Source of the DNA: Kiloniellaceae bacterium
Lineage (GTDB): Bacteria > Pseudomonadota > Alphaproteobacteria > Kiloniellales > J153
Reading direction: 5' to 3'
Length of the DNA stretch: 46,813 bases
Assembly: GCA_021776215.1 (NCBI GenBank)
Contig: JAJFGI010000361.1
Location: 1 to 46,813 of the forward strand
Shown: positions 1 to 8,584 of the stretch, piece by piece
How positions within the stretch are numbered: the first letter of the stretch is position 1
How the letters are laid out: every line of letters begins with the position of its first letter
The notes under the pieces: model-generated
What the model was told of the DNA's origin: nothing
Database searches by the model: none
What the model saw: the letters and a program-made list of their open reading frames with translations, nothing else
Made by a program: the position numbers and the translations under genes

Positions 1-252
1 GGCCGGCGAGCGGCAGGTGCCGCCGCGGTCGTTGGCGACCGAACCGACGGCGCCCGACAGTCGCACGGCCGCGGCAACGGCATTGGCCTGGCGACTCGTG
101 CAACCGGCGGCTTGTAGACGTTGGACGGACGCCGTCGCGAGGGATCCCCGCGGGAACGCCCGGAGCACACGGGCGGCTTTGGTGGTGGAGATCGAGGCGA
201 CGGCGGCGACGAGGGGAACGAGCGGGTTATCGGGGCACGGGTTGTACAGCAT
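1..252 (-). CDS. RadC-like (JAB family) protein, N-terminal part; runs off window start
   Basis: Not in ORF track. Manual translation from ATG 252: MLYNPCPDNPLVPLVAAVASISTTKAARVLRAFPRGSLATASVQRLQAAGCTSRQANAVAAAVRLSGAVGSVANDRGGTCRSPA. It resembles the RadC N-terminal HhH region ending in the SP linker. RBS-like AGAAGGA upstream. Confidence 0.55.
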   Translation of the reverse strand, partial: MLYNPCPDNPLVPLVAAVASISTTKAARVLRAFPRGSLATASVQRLQAAGCTSRQANAVAAAVRLSGAVGSVANDRGGTCRSPA

Positions 253-359
253 CGGGTTGCATCCTTCTGCGGCGTCGGGCGCCGCCCCCTGCCCGGTTCT
301 GAACAGATCGAGGCAAGGGGCGAGGCTCGAAGGGGTTCGCCCGGGATGCTGTAGTTTTT

Positions 360-374
360 GACTTCAAAAAGTCT
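360..374. promoter_or_regulatory. Pseudo-palindromic operator-like site GACTTCAAAAAGTCT abutting a perfect TATAAT (374-379)
   Basis: GACTT-N4-AAGTC dyad in an AT-rich patch between divergent genes; exact 15-bp inverted copy at 1993-2007. Confidence 0.6.
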
Positions 375-459
375 ATAATGAGCGACGTGGGAATGACAAC
401 CGCTATTCCCGGCGTCTCTCAAGTGGCCCGGCCGGATCGGGCAGAAGGATGAAACCGAC

Positions 460-1089
460 ATGCATGTAGACGAAACCACCCTGTATCTATCCAAGCCCGA
501 ACTGGTCGCGATGGCGGGGTACATCAGCCGCGATGAAGCCCGACCCGAGCTCGGCGCCATGTTCGTGGATCACGAACACGGTCGGGTGTGGGCGACCGAC
601 GGCCACCGTGCGGCGATCGTGACGGCCAAGGGCGGCGACCATGTGTCGCGGGGCACCCCGTTCGCCGTCGCCGCCGCGACCGTGGATCAACTTGTGCGAG
701 CGGCGAAGGCTCGCGACACGATCGCGATCCGGCGTGTGAAGCGGCGGGTTCAGATCACGGTGTCGGCGGTCGCGGGGGATCCACCGCCCTGCCGGCTGTC
801 GATCTCCGTTGGGTCGGCCAAGGTTAGGCCGGCGCCGATCGAAGCCGTGATCCCCCGGTATGAGTCGAAGGCCGGGCGGCCGGCGCAGTGGGTCGCCCTG
901 AACCCTCGCTACATCGGTGCCTTCGCGGAGCTGTGGAAACTGGGACGCGACGACTCGCGACCCGTGGTGCTTTACCGCGGCGGCGAACTCGATCCGGTGC
1001 TTGGCGTCTTCGAGACCCGCGACGGGTCGCAATGGCGTGTGATCATCATGCCGATCAACCACCGCGCCCCCGCACGAAAATCGGCGTAG
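460..1089 (+). CDS. DNA polymerase III beta-clamp-like protein (truncated, 209 aa)
   Basis: VWATDGHRA motif, ALNPRYI and C-terminal VIIMPI match DnaN domain II/III signatures; shorter than the ~370 aa DnaN; RBS AGAAGGA. Confidence 0.7.
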   Translation: MHVDETTLYLSKPELVAMAGYISRDEARPELGAMFVDHEHGRVWATDGHRAAIVTAKGGDHVSRGTPFAVAAATVDQLVRAAKARDTIAIRRVKRRVQITVSAVAGDPPPCRLSISVGSAKVRPAPIEAVIPRYESKAGRPAQWVALNPRYIGAFAELWKLGRDDSRPVVLYRGGELDPVLGVFETRDGSQWRVIIMPINHRAPARKSA

Positions 1090-1114
1090 GCGGCGGGTCC
1101 CGTGAACCTGCCGC
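1090..1114 (+). terminator. Hairpin after clamp-like gene
   Basis: GCGGCGGGT/ACCTGCCGC stem immediately after TAG, between convergent genes; no U-tract. Confidence 0.35.
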
Positions 1115-1246
1115 GAGCTTGATCGGAGCCGCTTCGGAACGGTGGCCCAGCGGAGAGCCGCCCGAGCAACGTGTCGATCGGATCCCCGTGGGGTTGCCCT
1201 AGGAGTGATGCTTGCGCCGTTGCAGATCGTGCTCGTGAAGCGTCGC

Positions 1247-1696
1247 CTACCAGTAGCTGGCGCAGCTCGTGTCAATCGCGTTGCGGCAAAGGTCGGCACC
1301 CTGGCCCGACGATGGGAAGCTACAGGTGTGGAGTAGGCCAGAAGAGGACGTCAGCCGGCACTCAGGCGACGGGAACCGGTCGGAGCACGTAATCCCGAGG
1401 TGGTCGTTGCAGCTGCCCTGGCAGATGTTCCCATCGCCGGCGATGCTCCAATTATCGGGGTTGGCGCAACCGACCTTCTCCGCGCCGTCGGCTGCGCCGC
1501 TGGTGCGACCGGTTGCTTCATCGCTGCCGTCGGCTGAGTTACGCGTGTCCTCAGTTCCGTCCTGGCCGGTGTCGTTGCTCTCGCTGCTTTCCGTAGACGC
1601 GGTGTCGTCGTCGGAGTCTTTGTCGGCGCACGCGGGGGGCACCAGCAGCGTGACTCCCAGCCCAACCAGTCGAAGACGGAGGATCATGCCTGGCAT
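1247..1696 (-). CDS. Cys-rich lipoprotein (myxobacterial type)
   Basis: Signal peptide MPGMILRLRLVGLGVTLLVPPAC, acidic S/T/D linker, C-terminal domain with 8 Cys; start trimmed from the ORF-track call. Confidence 0.7.
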   Translation of the reverse strand: MPGMILRLRLVGLGVTLLVPPACADKDSDDDTASTESSESNDTGQDGTEDTRNSADGSDEATGRTSGAADGAEKVGCANPDNWSIAGDGNICQGSCNDHLGITCSDRFPSPECRLTSSSGLLHTCSFPSSGQGADLCRNAIDTSCASYW

Positions 1697-1814
1697 CGTC
1701 AACTTGGATGTGTGCGATGCCTGGGACGGCGGGGTCATTCTTTCACGGCAATCTCGCAAACGGAGGCGGGCGAAGCCCCATTGCGTCGGCGGGGAGCGAT
1801 CTCCGGGATCGCCT

Positions 1815-1851
1815 AAAAAAAAGCGCGGTGCGTCCTGAGGGGCGCCCGCGC
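1815..1851 (-). terminator. Rho-independent terminator (minus strand)
   Basis: GC-rich stem 1823-1851 (GCGCGG..GCGTCC/GGGCGC..CCGCGC) followed on the minus strand by T8 (A8 at 1815-1822). Confidence 0.65.
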
Positions 1852-1992
1852 AGGGTTCGGACCGGCCTGTTGGAGCCGCGGCCCGAAGGGACAGGATGCC
1901 TGCCACTGCCGGGCAACGGCACAATAGCGACCGGCCGGCGGGCCGAACAGGCTTCGGTGCGGGATCTCGCCAGATCTCCCACGATCTAGCCC

Positions 1993-2007
1993 AGACTTTT
2001 TGAAGTC
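1993..2007. promoter_or_regulatory. Second copy (inverted) of the 15-bp operator, upstream of rep-like gene
   Basis: AGACTTTTTGAAGTC is the reverse complement of 360-374; extended dyad CCAGACTT-TTTG-AAGTCTGG; partial third copy GACTTCGAAAA at 2010-2020. Confidence 0.6.
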
Positions 2008-2241
2008 TGGACTTCGAAAATGCCAGATGCGTCTCCGCAGGTTTCGCCGGTATCGGTGTTCAGCCCTACGCTTAGCAGCGTTCGACCGGATCCGCGGCCG
2101 ACTGCGGCGATCCCGTAGACGCGACCAGATGTTGTGTGGTCCTCTTCGGCGCGAAGACCACATAAAAGACGAGCCCGCCGAAGTTCCAGCTTCGTCGGGC
2201 TCCGAGAGGTCAGCGAGCTTTTCAATCGGAGCGCCGACTAC

Positions 2242-3765
2242 ATGGGAAACGTACGCCTTTTTTCTGAGGGGTTCAACCCCTCTGCGCACCCGCGCGCTCA
2301 GGAGCATCTTCCTGAAATTCCTAAGGAACTTGTCAGTGCGGACTACGCGCTAGACAATGATCGCCGGGAGTCTCTTCCTGCACTGAAGGCCAGGATGGCC
2401 CGGGCACGTCGCCGTGCCCTGGACCGTGCGGACCCGAGGCAAACGACGCTCCGTGGGGTCTTGGATCCCAACAACGGGTATCGCCGCCATAGCGCAGGGG
2501 GGAAGTTCGAGTCATGGCGTCAGCTCGACGTTGAGCTCGACCACATCGACAAGTTCAAGAACCGCGAAGGCTTCTGGAGGAAGGGCGGCAAGGCGCGCGA
2601 GGCCATGGCCCACGTGCGCGCGCAGACGTTCTCGGCGATCGAGCTCGGCGGCCTCGATGAGGTTCTCCCGGTTTGGATGCGGGGTCGATGGGCCCTGACC
2701 CGCGCCCAGACGGCGATCCTCATCGCGGTCATGAAGGCGTTTCGCTTCAAGGCGGGGGGCGTGATGGAGCGCGAGCCTGTGCTGGCGTCAGACTTGGGGA
2801 TCAGCGAGCGCGCATTTCGGTATGCGCTCAATGGTCGCCGGTACACCGTCGCCGATGGCAGCGAGCGGTGGTCGCCGGGGCTCATCGAGCGGGGCCTCGT
2901 GTATCGGCGTCAACTCAAGCGGCCCGGGACCGATGGCAGGCGTACGGATGACGACGTCCTCCTGCTTCGCGTCGGGCCCGTCGTCGAGAAGCTGATGCGG
3001 CCGACGATGGCGGCCTCGCCCTGGATTGAAGCCACCGACGCGCAGCGCACCAAGGCTCGAGACAGGCTTCAGAAGCTGCGTAGGCAAGGCCGGGCGATGC
3101 GGCGAACTCAGGCGACCGAGGCCTGGGGCCGTCGGCAGCAATGGCGTGTAATTAAATCCGCGGCACAATGTGCCGACAACCCCGCCTCCCCCCCGATGAA
3201 GGGGGGCAGGGGGAGGTTAGGGTTAACGCGGGGGGAAAGGCATAAGCCTTCCCAATCCCCCCGCACCCCCCGGGCTTCGAAAAACACAAACGTCTCGCCG
3301 CCAAAACAGCGCCAGTTGGACAACGAAGCGCTATGCAAGGCCTCACGGCCTGCCGCGCTTCTCCCGCGCTCGACCGATCATGACCAAAATCTTCGAGCGA
3401 CCGAAGGCGATCGCCGAAGACGGCGCGCCCAGGAGGGCGGGTTGGAAATTCCGGCGGAGTTTTCAAGTCGACCGATCCACCAAGAGCGAACGAACAGAAA
3501 AGATCCGGACCTGAATGTTTGGCGAGCGCGTCGCGCTCGCGGTGTTCGAGTTCCGCCGAAAATTGCTGAACGCCTGTTCGACGAGGACTGCGCGAAGGCT
3601 TATTCAGCTCTTTTTGGGGCGGCCCCTCAGGCTTCGCCTGAGGGCGATTCGATCGAGGGGTCCCCTCCCCCTTCCGAACGGTCTGAAACGCCGCCTGCGG
3701 CCAGCGTCGGTCCTCCGGAGAACGAACAATTGTCGGAGGCCGGCGATCGAGAGCGCCCCGGCTAG
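2242..3765 (+). CDS. Putative replication initiator (winged helix-turn-helix protein)
   Basis: wHTH-like LTRAQTAILIA...LASDLGISERAFRYAL...LIERGLVYRR, disordered C-terminus, position directly before repeat array and parA; start uncertain (ORF open from 2134). Confidence 0.55.
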   Translation: MGNVRLFSEGFNPSAHPRAQEHLPEIPKELVSADYALDNDRRESLPALKARMARARRRALDRADPRQTTLRGVLDPNNGYRRHSAGGKFESWRQLDVELDHIDKFKNREGFWRKGGKAREAMAHVRAQTFSAIELGGLDEVLPVWMRGRWALTRAQTAILIAVMKAFRFKAGGVMEREPVLASDLGISERAFRYALNGRRYTVADGSERWSPGLIERGLVYRRQLKRPGTDGRRTDDDVLLLRVGPVVEKLMRPTMAASPWIEATDAQRTKARDRLQKLRRQGRAMRRTQATEAWGRRQQWRVIKSAAQCADNPASPPMKGGRGRLGLTRGERHKPSQSPRTPRASKNTNVSPPKQRQLDNEALCKASRPAALLPRSTDHDQNLRATEGDRRRRRAQEGGLEIPAEFSSRPIHQERTNRKDPDLNVWRARRARGVRVPPKIAERLFDEDCAKAYSALFGAAPQASPEGDSIEGSPPPSERSETPPAASVGPPENEQLSEAGDRERPG

Positions 3766-3848
3766 TCATGCGTCGGTTCGGCGATGTGACGCGCAGAGGC
3801 GATCTGTAGCCCTTCCGACACGCTTTTCCGATCTGGCGAGTCGTGCCG

Positions 3849-4443
3849 GCGACCCGCCCTCGCGCAAAGTCGACAACCAGACTTGTCGCTTTGTCGCCCT
3901 GGCGTCGCGCATCGCCGAGTCGAGGCAGGTCGCAGTGTCGCCTCGTCGGCACGACACGATCTGTAACATCGCCGTAGCGATCTGACTCCGCAGGTCGACT
4001 CGCGTCACCGAAGCGGGTCGACGTGAGCGTGTGAGTCGCCGCGCCTTGGCAGGTCGCCTCGCTTACACGATGTGCGTCGCCGGGGCGACGCGAGTCGCGA
4101 TTGCGCATCGCCTCGGCGACACGGGTCGCCTCGTCACAAAGGCGGGTCGGGTCTCCTTGTCGAGGCGTGTCGCCCCGTCGCAGGAGCAGATCACATCGCT
4201 GTTGCGACGCAGGTCGCTGACCCGAGTCGTGTTGCGCCCGCGACGTGCGTCGCTGCGGCGCCCTGTCGATGTGACTCGCGCCCACGACCTGCTCTGCCTT
4301 GGCGGGTCACATCGCAGCGGCGAGTCGTGCCGCCAAAGCGCCCTTGCGCGTCGACCCGCTTCGGCGTTCTGCGTCGCCTCGCCAGGGCGGATCGTGTCGC
4401 CGGCTCGCTCTTGCGACTTTCTTGGTCGCCTCGCCTCGGCGAC
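3849..4443. repeat. Degenerate GTCGC/GCGAC repeat array (parS/parC-like centromere or iteron origin)
   Basis: About 24 GTCGC/GCGAC by manual count, 8-bp tandem spacings (3885/3893, 3929/3937, 4169/4177) and four GCGAC-N4-GTCGC dyads (4085, 4116, 4204, 4240); no credible ORF; lies between rep-like gene and parA. Confidence 0.7.
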
Positions 4444-4457
4444 GTACAAGCCATTCG

Positions 4458-5108
4458 ATGATCATCGCCTTTTGTGTGGAAAAGGGCGGGGCGGGGAAAT
4501 CCGCGACGTCTGTGGCTGTCTCCCTCGAGTACGTGCTGCGCGGGTACAAGACCTTATTGGTCGACGTCGACCCGCAGCACTCGTCGCTGGACTGGCACCG
4601 CCTGGCGACTGCGAACGGAAACCCGGCACCCAAAGTGATGGCGGCAGGCGAGGGCTTCGAGGACGACCTCGGCCAACTCGCAGGCCAGTACGACCGGATC
4701 GTGATCGATGCGCCAGGGCGCTACGGCCGGATCATGGCCGGCGCGCTCGCCATCTCCGACATCTTCGTGATGCCGACCGTTCCGGGGCGCTACGACCTTT
4801 GGTCGACGCTGCGCACCAGCAAACTCGCGGAGCGTGCGGCGATGGAGCGACCCGAGCTGAAGGTGAGGGCGATGCTGAACAAGGTCGACCGCCGGCGGAG
4901 CATCTCCAAAGAGATCCGGCCCGCGTTGGTCGGTCGCGGAATCGACGTGCTCGACACGGAGCTTTCGTTGCTCGCCGACTACGACGAAGGGACCGAGGAA
5001 GGTCTCGCGCCCACAAACTTGAATCCGACCGGAAAGGCCGCGAAGCAGATCCGCAGCCTTTGCGACGAACTCGATGAACTCTCCAAGGAGCTCCGCCGTG
5101 CCGTCTAA
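4458..5108 (+). CDS. parA: ParA family partition ATPase (short type Ib / ParF-like)
   Basis: Deviant Walker A KGGAGKS, LLVDVDPQ, Walker B IVIDAP; no N-terminal HTH; 216 aa. Confidence 0.93.
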   Translation: MIIAFCVEKGGAGKSATSVAVSLEYVLRGYKTLLVDVDPQHSSLDWHRLATANGNPAPKVMAAGEGFEDDLGQLAGQYDRIVIDAPGRYGRIMAGALAISDIFVMPTVPGRYDLWSTLRTSKLAERAAMERPELKVRAMLNKVDRRRSISKEIRPALVGRGIDVLDTELSLLADYDEGTEEGLAPTNLNPTGKAAKQIRSLCDELDELSKELRRAV

Positions 5109-5553
5109 AAAACGAGGATCGCTATCCGGGGTCGCCCCGTCCGAACTTGCCGACCGCTTGATGAAGCCCGAAGCGGCGCAGCCGTTGTCGGTCGTTGCCG
5201 AGTCGCGGCTGCCTGAGCCACCGGCGATGCCCGAGCCGGCAAGGCAACCGGAGCCGGCGCCCCTTGTCGCTGATCCCGACCCAGGGTTGCAGCCCGCTGC
5301 GCACATTCCGGCGCAAACACCTCCGCGCCCGCGTGCGCCTCGGGCGTCGGCCCCGCGGAAAACCCAGCCGGCCCCAGTGATGGTTGAACCGCCCAAGCGC
5401 GGCCATGCGATCCAAGCGAGCGGGAAGGTGGTCCGGCGGATCACGCTGAGCCTGCCGCCGGACGTAGGTCAAGTGCTTGCGCACTTCTGTGTAGAAAGCG
5501 GCCGTACGCAGAGTGACGTGGTCGCAGAGGCCTTGCGCGAAAAGTTCCGCTAG
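5098..5553 (+). CDS. ParG-like centromere-binding ribbon-helix-helix protein
   Basis: GTG start with AAGGAG RBS overlapping parA end; Pro-rich flexible N-terminus; C-terminal RRITLSLPPDVGQVLAHFCVESGRTQSDVVAEAL RHH pattern. Confidence 0.8.
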   Translation: MPSKKRGSLSGVAPSELADRLMKPEAAQPLSVVAESRLPEPPAMPEPARQPEPAPLVADPDPGLQPAAHIPAQTPPRPRAPRASAPRKTQPAPVMVEPPKRGHAIQASGKVVRRITLSLPPDVGQVLAHFCVESGRTQSDVVAEALREKFR

Positions 5554-5644
5554 CTGGCCACACACGTGCGCTGACGTGCGCTCGACATCGCGCGCCGTAT
5601 CTTCAGTGGCGCGAGGACCCATCCGTGGCCTACCCTGAAAGACC

Positions 5645-5851
5645 ATGGCGTCGAAGGCCAATGCCGCGAAACAGGAAAACGGAGGTCGCACCGGCCGACC
5701 GCCGTCGGACGTCGATCGCGTGCAAACCACGATCTACCTCGAGACCGGACTCCGCGAGAAGCTGCGCAAGTACGCCTTCAAAGAGCGGATGAACCAGAGC
5801 GCCGTCGTCGAAGAAGCGCTCAAGGCGATGCTCCGCGGCAAGCGGTTGTGA
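5645..5851 (+). CDS. CopG/RHH family regulator
   Basis: GRPP...VQTTIYLETGLREKLRKYAFKERMNQSAVVEEAL RHH pattern. Confidence 0.8.
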   Translation: MASKANAAKQENGGRTGRPPSDVDRVQTTIYLETGLREKLRKYAFKERMNQSAVVEEALKAMLRGKRL

Positions 5852-5961
5852 CGTTCGAGCACGTGGCATTCGCAGACCGGATCGACGCTAGATTCGCGGT
5901 TGTGGGCGTGGCCATGCGGGTCAGGCATTTTCGGGTTGGGGGAAGGCGAACCCGTCTGCCG

Positions 5962-7095
5962 TCAAAGCGGGCCTTTGAGGACGAAGCCTATCGGGCCGGG
6001 CTCTTCGAGTTTGCGGCTCGCGCGGAGCACATGGCGGCCGCGTGCGAGGGAAAGTGTGATCTCGAGGTTGGGGTCCGCAGAAACGAAATCCGGATCTTCG
6101 CCGCATCCGAGTCCGCAGGATACGACCTCGATCGTCATGCCGTCACGCGCGTCAAGTTCGAGCCGGTAGTCCCCACTCGCGGGCACGTCCACAGTGTAGT
6201 TTTTCCAAACACGCCCGCGCCGAGGGCCGACCGCATCGGGTGAGCTACATCCGAAGTCTCCACCGCCCTCGATGATGTAGGGAGTCTGGGCCCAGTCAGC
6301 TTCTTGCCATGCGATCGGGTCTGCGTCGCACTCAGCCGCGAGTCGTGAGAAGGCGAGCAGTGAGCACTTCGGGTACGCGGTGTACTCGTCTTCGGTGCTA
6401 TCTAGACCTTCGTTTGTGGTCGCTACGAGCAGCTCATCGAGTGCTGCGTGGTCGCGAATCGCTCCCGCGCTGTCGACGAAATGCTCCATGGCCGACCACG
6501 ACGATTCGATCGCCAGAAACGAAAGCAAGTGAGCGCTGCGATCATACAGCTGTGCCGGGGTGTTCCTTCTGACGTGATCCGGGATGTCAGCGATCGCGAA
6601 GTTGGGGTCCCAGCCGAGGGAGTGATCGTAGTGCAGCTGCGCGAGTCCTTCCTCGAAGAAGTCGGCGTTGCGCTGCGCTCCTTCTTGGAGGTCGCGGATC
6701 GCATGAACGAGCTCGTGCGTGTGTGTGGGATTCGCGGCGTAGACGTGACCGCTGCGCGTGCACGCTGAAGCTGAGCCGCATAGCTCTGGTGGCGCGAGAG
6801 TCTCTGGCTCAAGGTAAAAGTAGCTCACGCGGTGCGCCAGATCGCCGTCTTCGGACTCCTTGAGATATGCGCCTACGAAGTTGTCGAGATACTCCGGTGT
6901 GCCCGTGCACAGCGGCAGCTCTGGCTCGCTCCACAGTGATACGTGAGTTCCTTCGAAGACGGACTGGGTCCCCGAGGGAGTCGGCGCCAAGTCGAAGGGG
7001 TCGGGAGCCGCACAGGCCGCCACAGCCCCTAGCAGTGCGATTCCGCCGCCGGCGCGCGAGCACGATGGTTGGGACGAACGGCGATGCATGCCCAC
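5962..7095 (-). CDS. Lipoprotein with HEXXH zincin-like motif
   Basis: Lipobox AVAAC; HELVH followed by FFEEGLA (gluzincin-like third ligand); Cys-containing beta-rich C-terminal domain. Confidence 0.7.
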   Translation of the reverse strand: MGMHRRSSQPSCSRAGGGIALLGAVAACAAPDPFDLAPTPSGTQSVFEGTHVSLWSEPELPLCTGTPEYLDNFVGAYLKESEDGDLAHRVSYFYLEPETLAPPELCGSASACTRSGHVYAANPTHTHELVHAIRDLQEGAQRNADFFEEGLAQLHYDHSLGWDPNFAIADIPDHVRRNTPAQLYDRSAHLLSFLAIESSWSAMEHFVDSAGAIRDHAALDELLVATTNEGLDSTEDEYTAYPKCSLLAFSRLAAECDADPIAWQEADWAQTPYIIEGGGDFGCSSPDAVGPRRGRVWKNYTVDVPASGDYRLELDARDGMTIEVVSCGLGCGEDPDFVSADPNLEITLSLARGRHVLRASRKLEEPGPIGFVLKGPL

Positions 7096-7123
7096 AGTGG
7101 TTCCGTCGCGCCGTCTCTATGGG

Positions 7124-8266
7124 TCACGGTTGCTCTTCGAGGTGCCGCTCTGCCAGAAGCGTCACCTTCTCCAGCGCTTCGAGCTGCGGATCGTTCAGCA
7201 GCGCACGCACCTTCTTCGCGCGCGGGAGGTCCGCGAGTAGGGCGGCTTGGAGCGCTTCGACTTGGGCGGCGCAGTCGTCGTCGTGCTCGGCGGCTTTCGC
7301 CTTCCTGAGCGCTGTCATCTGCGGCTTGCTCATCTTCTCCTGCAGGCCGAACCACTGGTCTGGCGTGAGGGTATGCAGCAGCGCGCCGACGGAGCGGACG
7401 ACGAGGGTGTTCGGGTCTCCCGGCGGTCGCTTCGGCGTAGCGGCAGCCGGCTCGGCCGCTTCGGGTCTTTCATCAGCGACCTCCGCGTCGATCGTCTGCG
7501 GTCGCGCGTCTTCCTCGTCGCCCTCGATGATCTCCGTCGCTGCGCTTAGTGCCTTCTTCGCCCCTTCGCCAAACTGCAGCGCCGCGACCTGAAGCGGCTT
7601 GCGCAGCGCCCTCCACATTTCGCGGCTGTTCTCGGCTTCGAGCTCGGCCGACTTCGTCGAGAACCGTGCCTCCAAGCTCGCGGTCATCGCCGTCGCCTTC
7701 ATGCGTAGGCCCTCGTTGTATTGCGACACCAGGGTGTCGACAGTTCGCAGCAACGGTTCGACCTGCCCCGATGTCACCCTGGACATCTCGATCACGCGCT
7801 GCGTCAGCGTGTCGTTGTGGGTCATGAGCCGTTCGAGCACGAGGTTGAACTGCGCGCGATCGGCCGAGTACGCCCGCCAAAGGTCCGTGACCTCCTCGAC
7901 GTCGTGCACGCCGGCGCCGCTCGAACCCGGAAGCTCAAACGTGCATGCCTTGCGCGTCACCTTGCCGCCTTTGTCGGCGACGTCGAACTGGACCTTGTAG
8001 CGCGAAGGCTCCCCGATCTCCCCGTAGTGGAGCTGCGCCACGTGCATGATCATCTCGGCGATCGCGTCCTCGCCGTCTTGCGGTGCCTCGCCGGGTTCGG
8101 GGTCTCGCATGCGCAGTACGTTGAGTCTGCGCTCGCCGCCATTGTTCTTGCAGTCGATTCGAACGCGCTGGAGGCCCTTCGGATACCACTGGTGGAGCGC
8201 GTTTCGGATCGCGGGACTCACGATCGGTGGCTCGTTCGGGATGTCAAACGGTTGCTCAAGCTCCAT
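7124..8266 (-). CDS. Hypothetical protein, helical/coiled-coil
   Basis: Long ORF, strong AGGAGGAG RBS before GTG/ATG at 8269/8266; divergent from structural operon. Confidence 0.75.
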   Translation of the reverse strand: MELEQPFDIPNEPPIVSPAIRNALHQWYPKGLQRVRIDCKNNGGERRLNVLRMRDPEPGEAPQDGEDAIAEMIMHVAQLHYGEIGEPSRYKVQFDVADKGGKVTRKACTFELPGSSGAGVHDVEEVTDLWRAYSADRAQFNLVLERLMTHNDTLTQRVIEMSRVTSGQVEPLLRTVDTLVSQYNEGLRMKATAMTASLEARFSTKSAELEAENSREMWRALRKPLQVAALQFGEGAKKALSAATEIIEGDEEDARPQTIDAEVADERPEAAEPAAATPKRPPGDPNTLVVRSVGALLHTLTPDQWFGLQEKMSKPQMTALRKAKAAEHDDDCAAQVEALQAALLADLPRAKKVRALLNDPQLEALEKVTLLAERHLEEQP

Positions 8267-8338
8267 CACCCACTCCTCCTGCAGCGCGGTCCGTATCGAC
8301 CCGTCGCGGATCGATCCGTAACCGATGTGGAGCCGGTT

Positions 8339-8569
8339 TGCAGTCAAGATCGTCCCCGGAAAATTCGATCAACGGGGCGCCAATGCAGCGCAGGGGCTGC
8401 TGCAGCGCACTGCATCCCACTGATCTCAAGGGTTTAGCTTGCACTGCAGTCGTGGCTGCACCGCGTCACTGGAATCCGCTGCAGTTCAGGCCAAAGCTGC
8501 ATCTGCACGTCGGGGCTGCAGTGACGCAAACCTCGCAGCGACGTCCAGCGGACCGCATCGGTCCCTGCA
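8339..8569. repeat. TGCA/CTGCAG-rich intergenic array in divergent control region
   Basis: 12 TGCA copies at 8339, 8384, 8401, 8411, 8440, 8445, 8457, 8480, 8498, 8504, 8517, 8566. Confidence 0.65.
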
Positions 8570-8584
8570 CCAAGGAGAGAAACC

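Noticed and set aside
358-379. TTGACT...TATAAT as a canonical sigma70 promoter
   Set aside because: Spacing is only 10 bp; only the -10 element is credible
3849-4443. Possible CRISPR array
   Set aside because: No constant 23-47 bp repeat with unique spacers; no cas genes
3152-4461. Long Arg/Ala-rich ORFs on both strands over the repeat array
   Set aside because: Low-complexity translations produced by the GTCGC repeats; no RBS or domain signal
5564-5582. ACGTGCGCT direct repeat before the second RHH gene
   Set aside because: Only two 9-bp copies; plausible autoregulatory site but too weak to call
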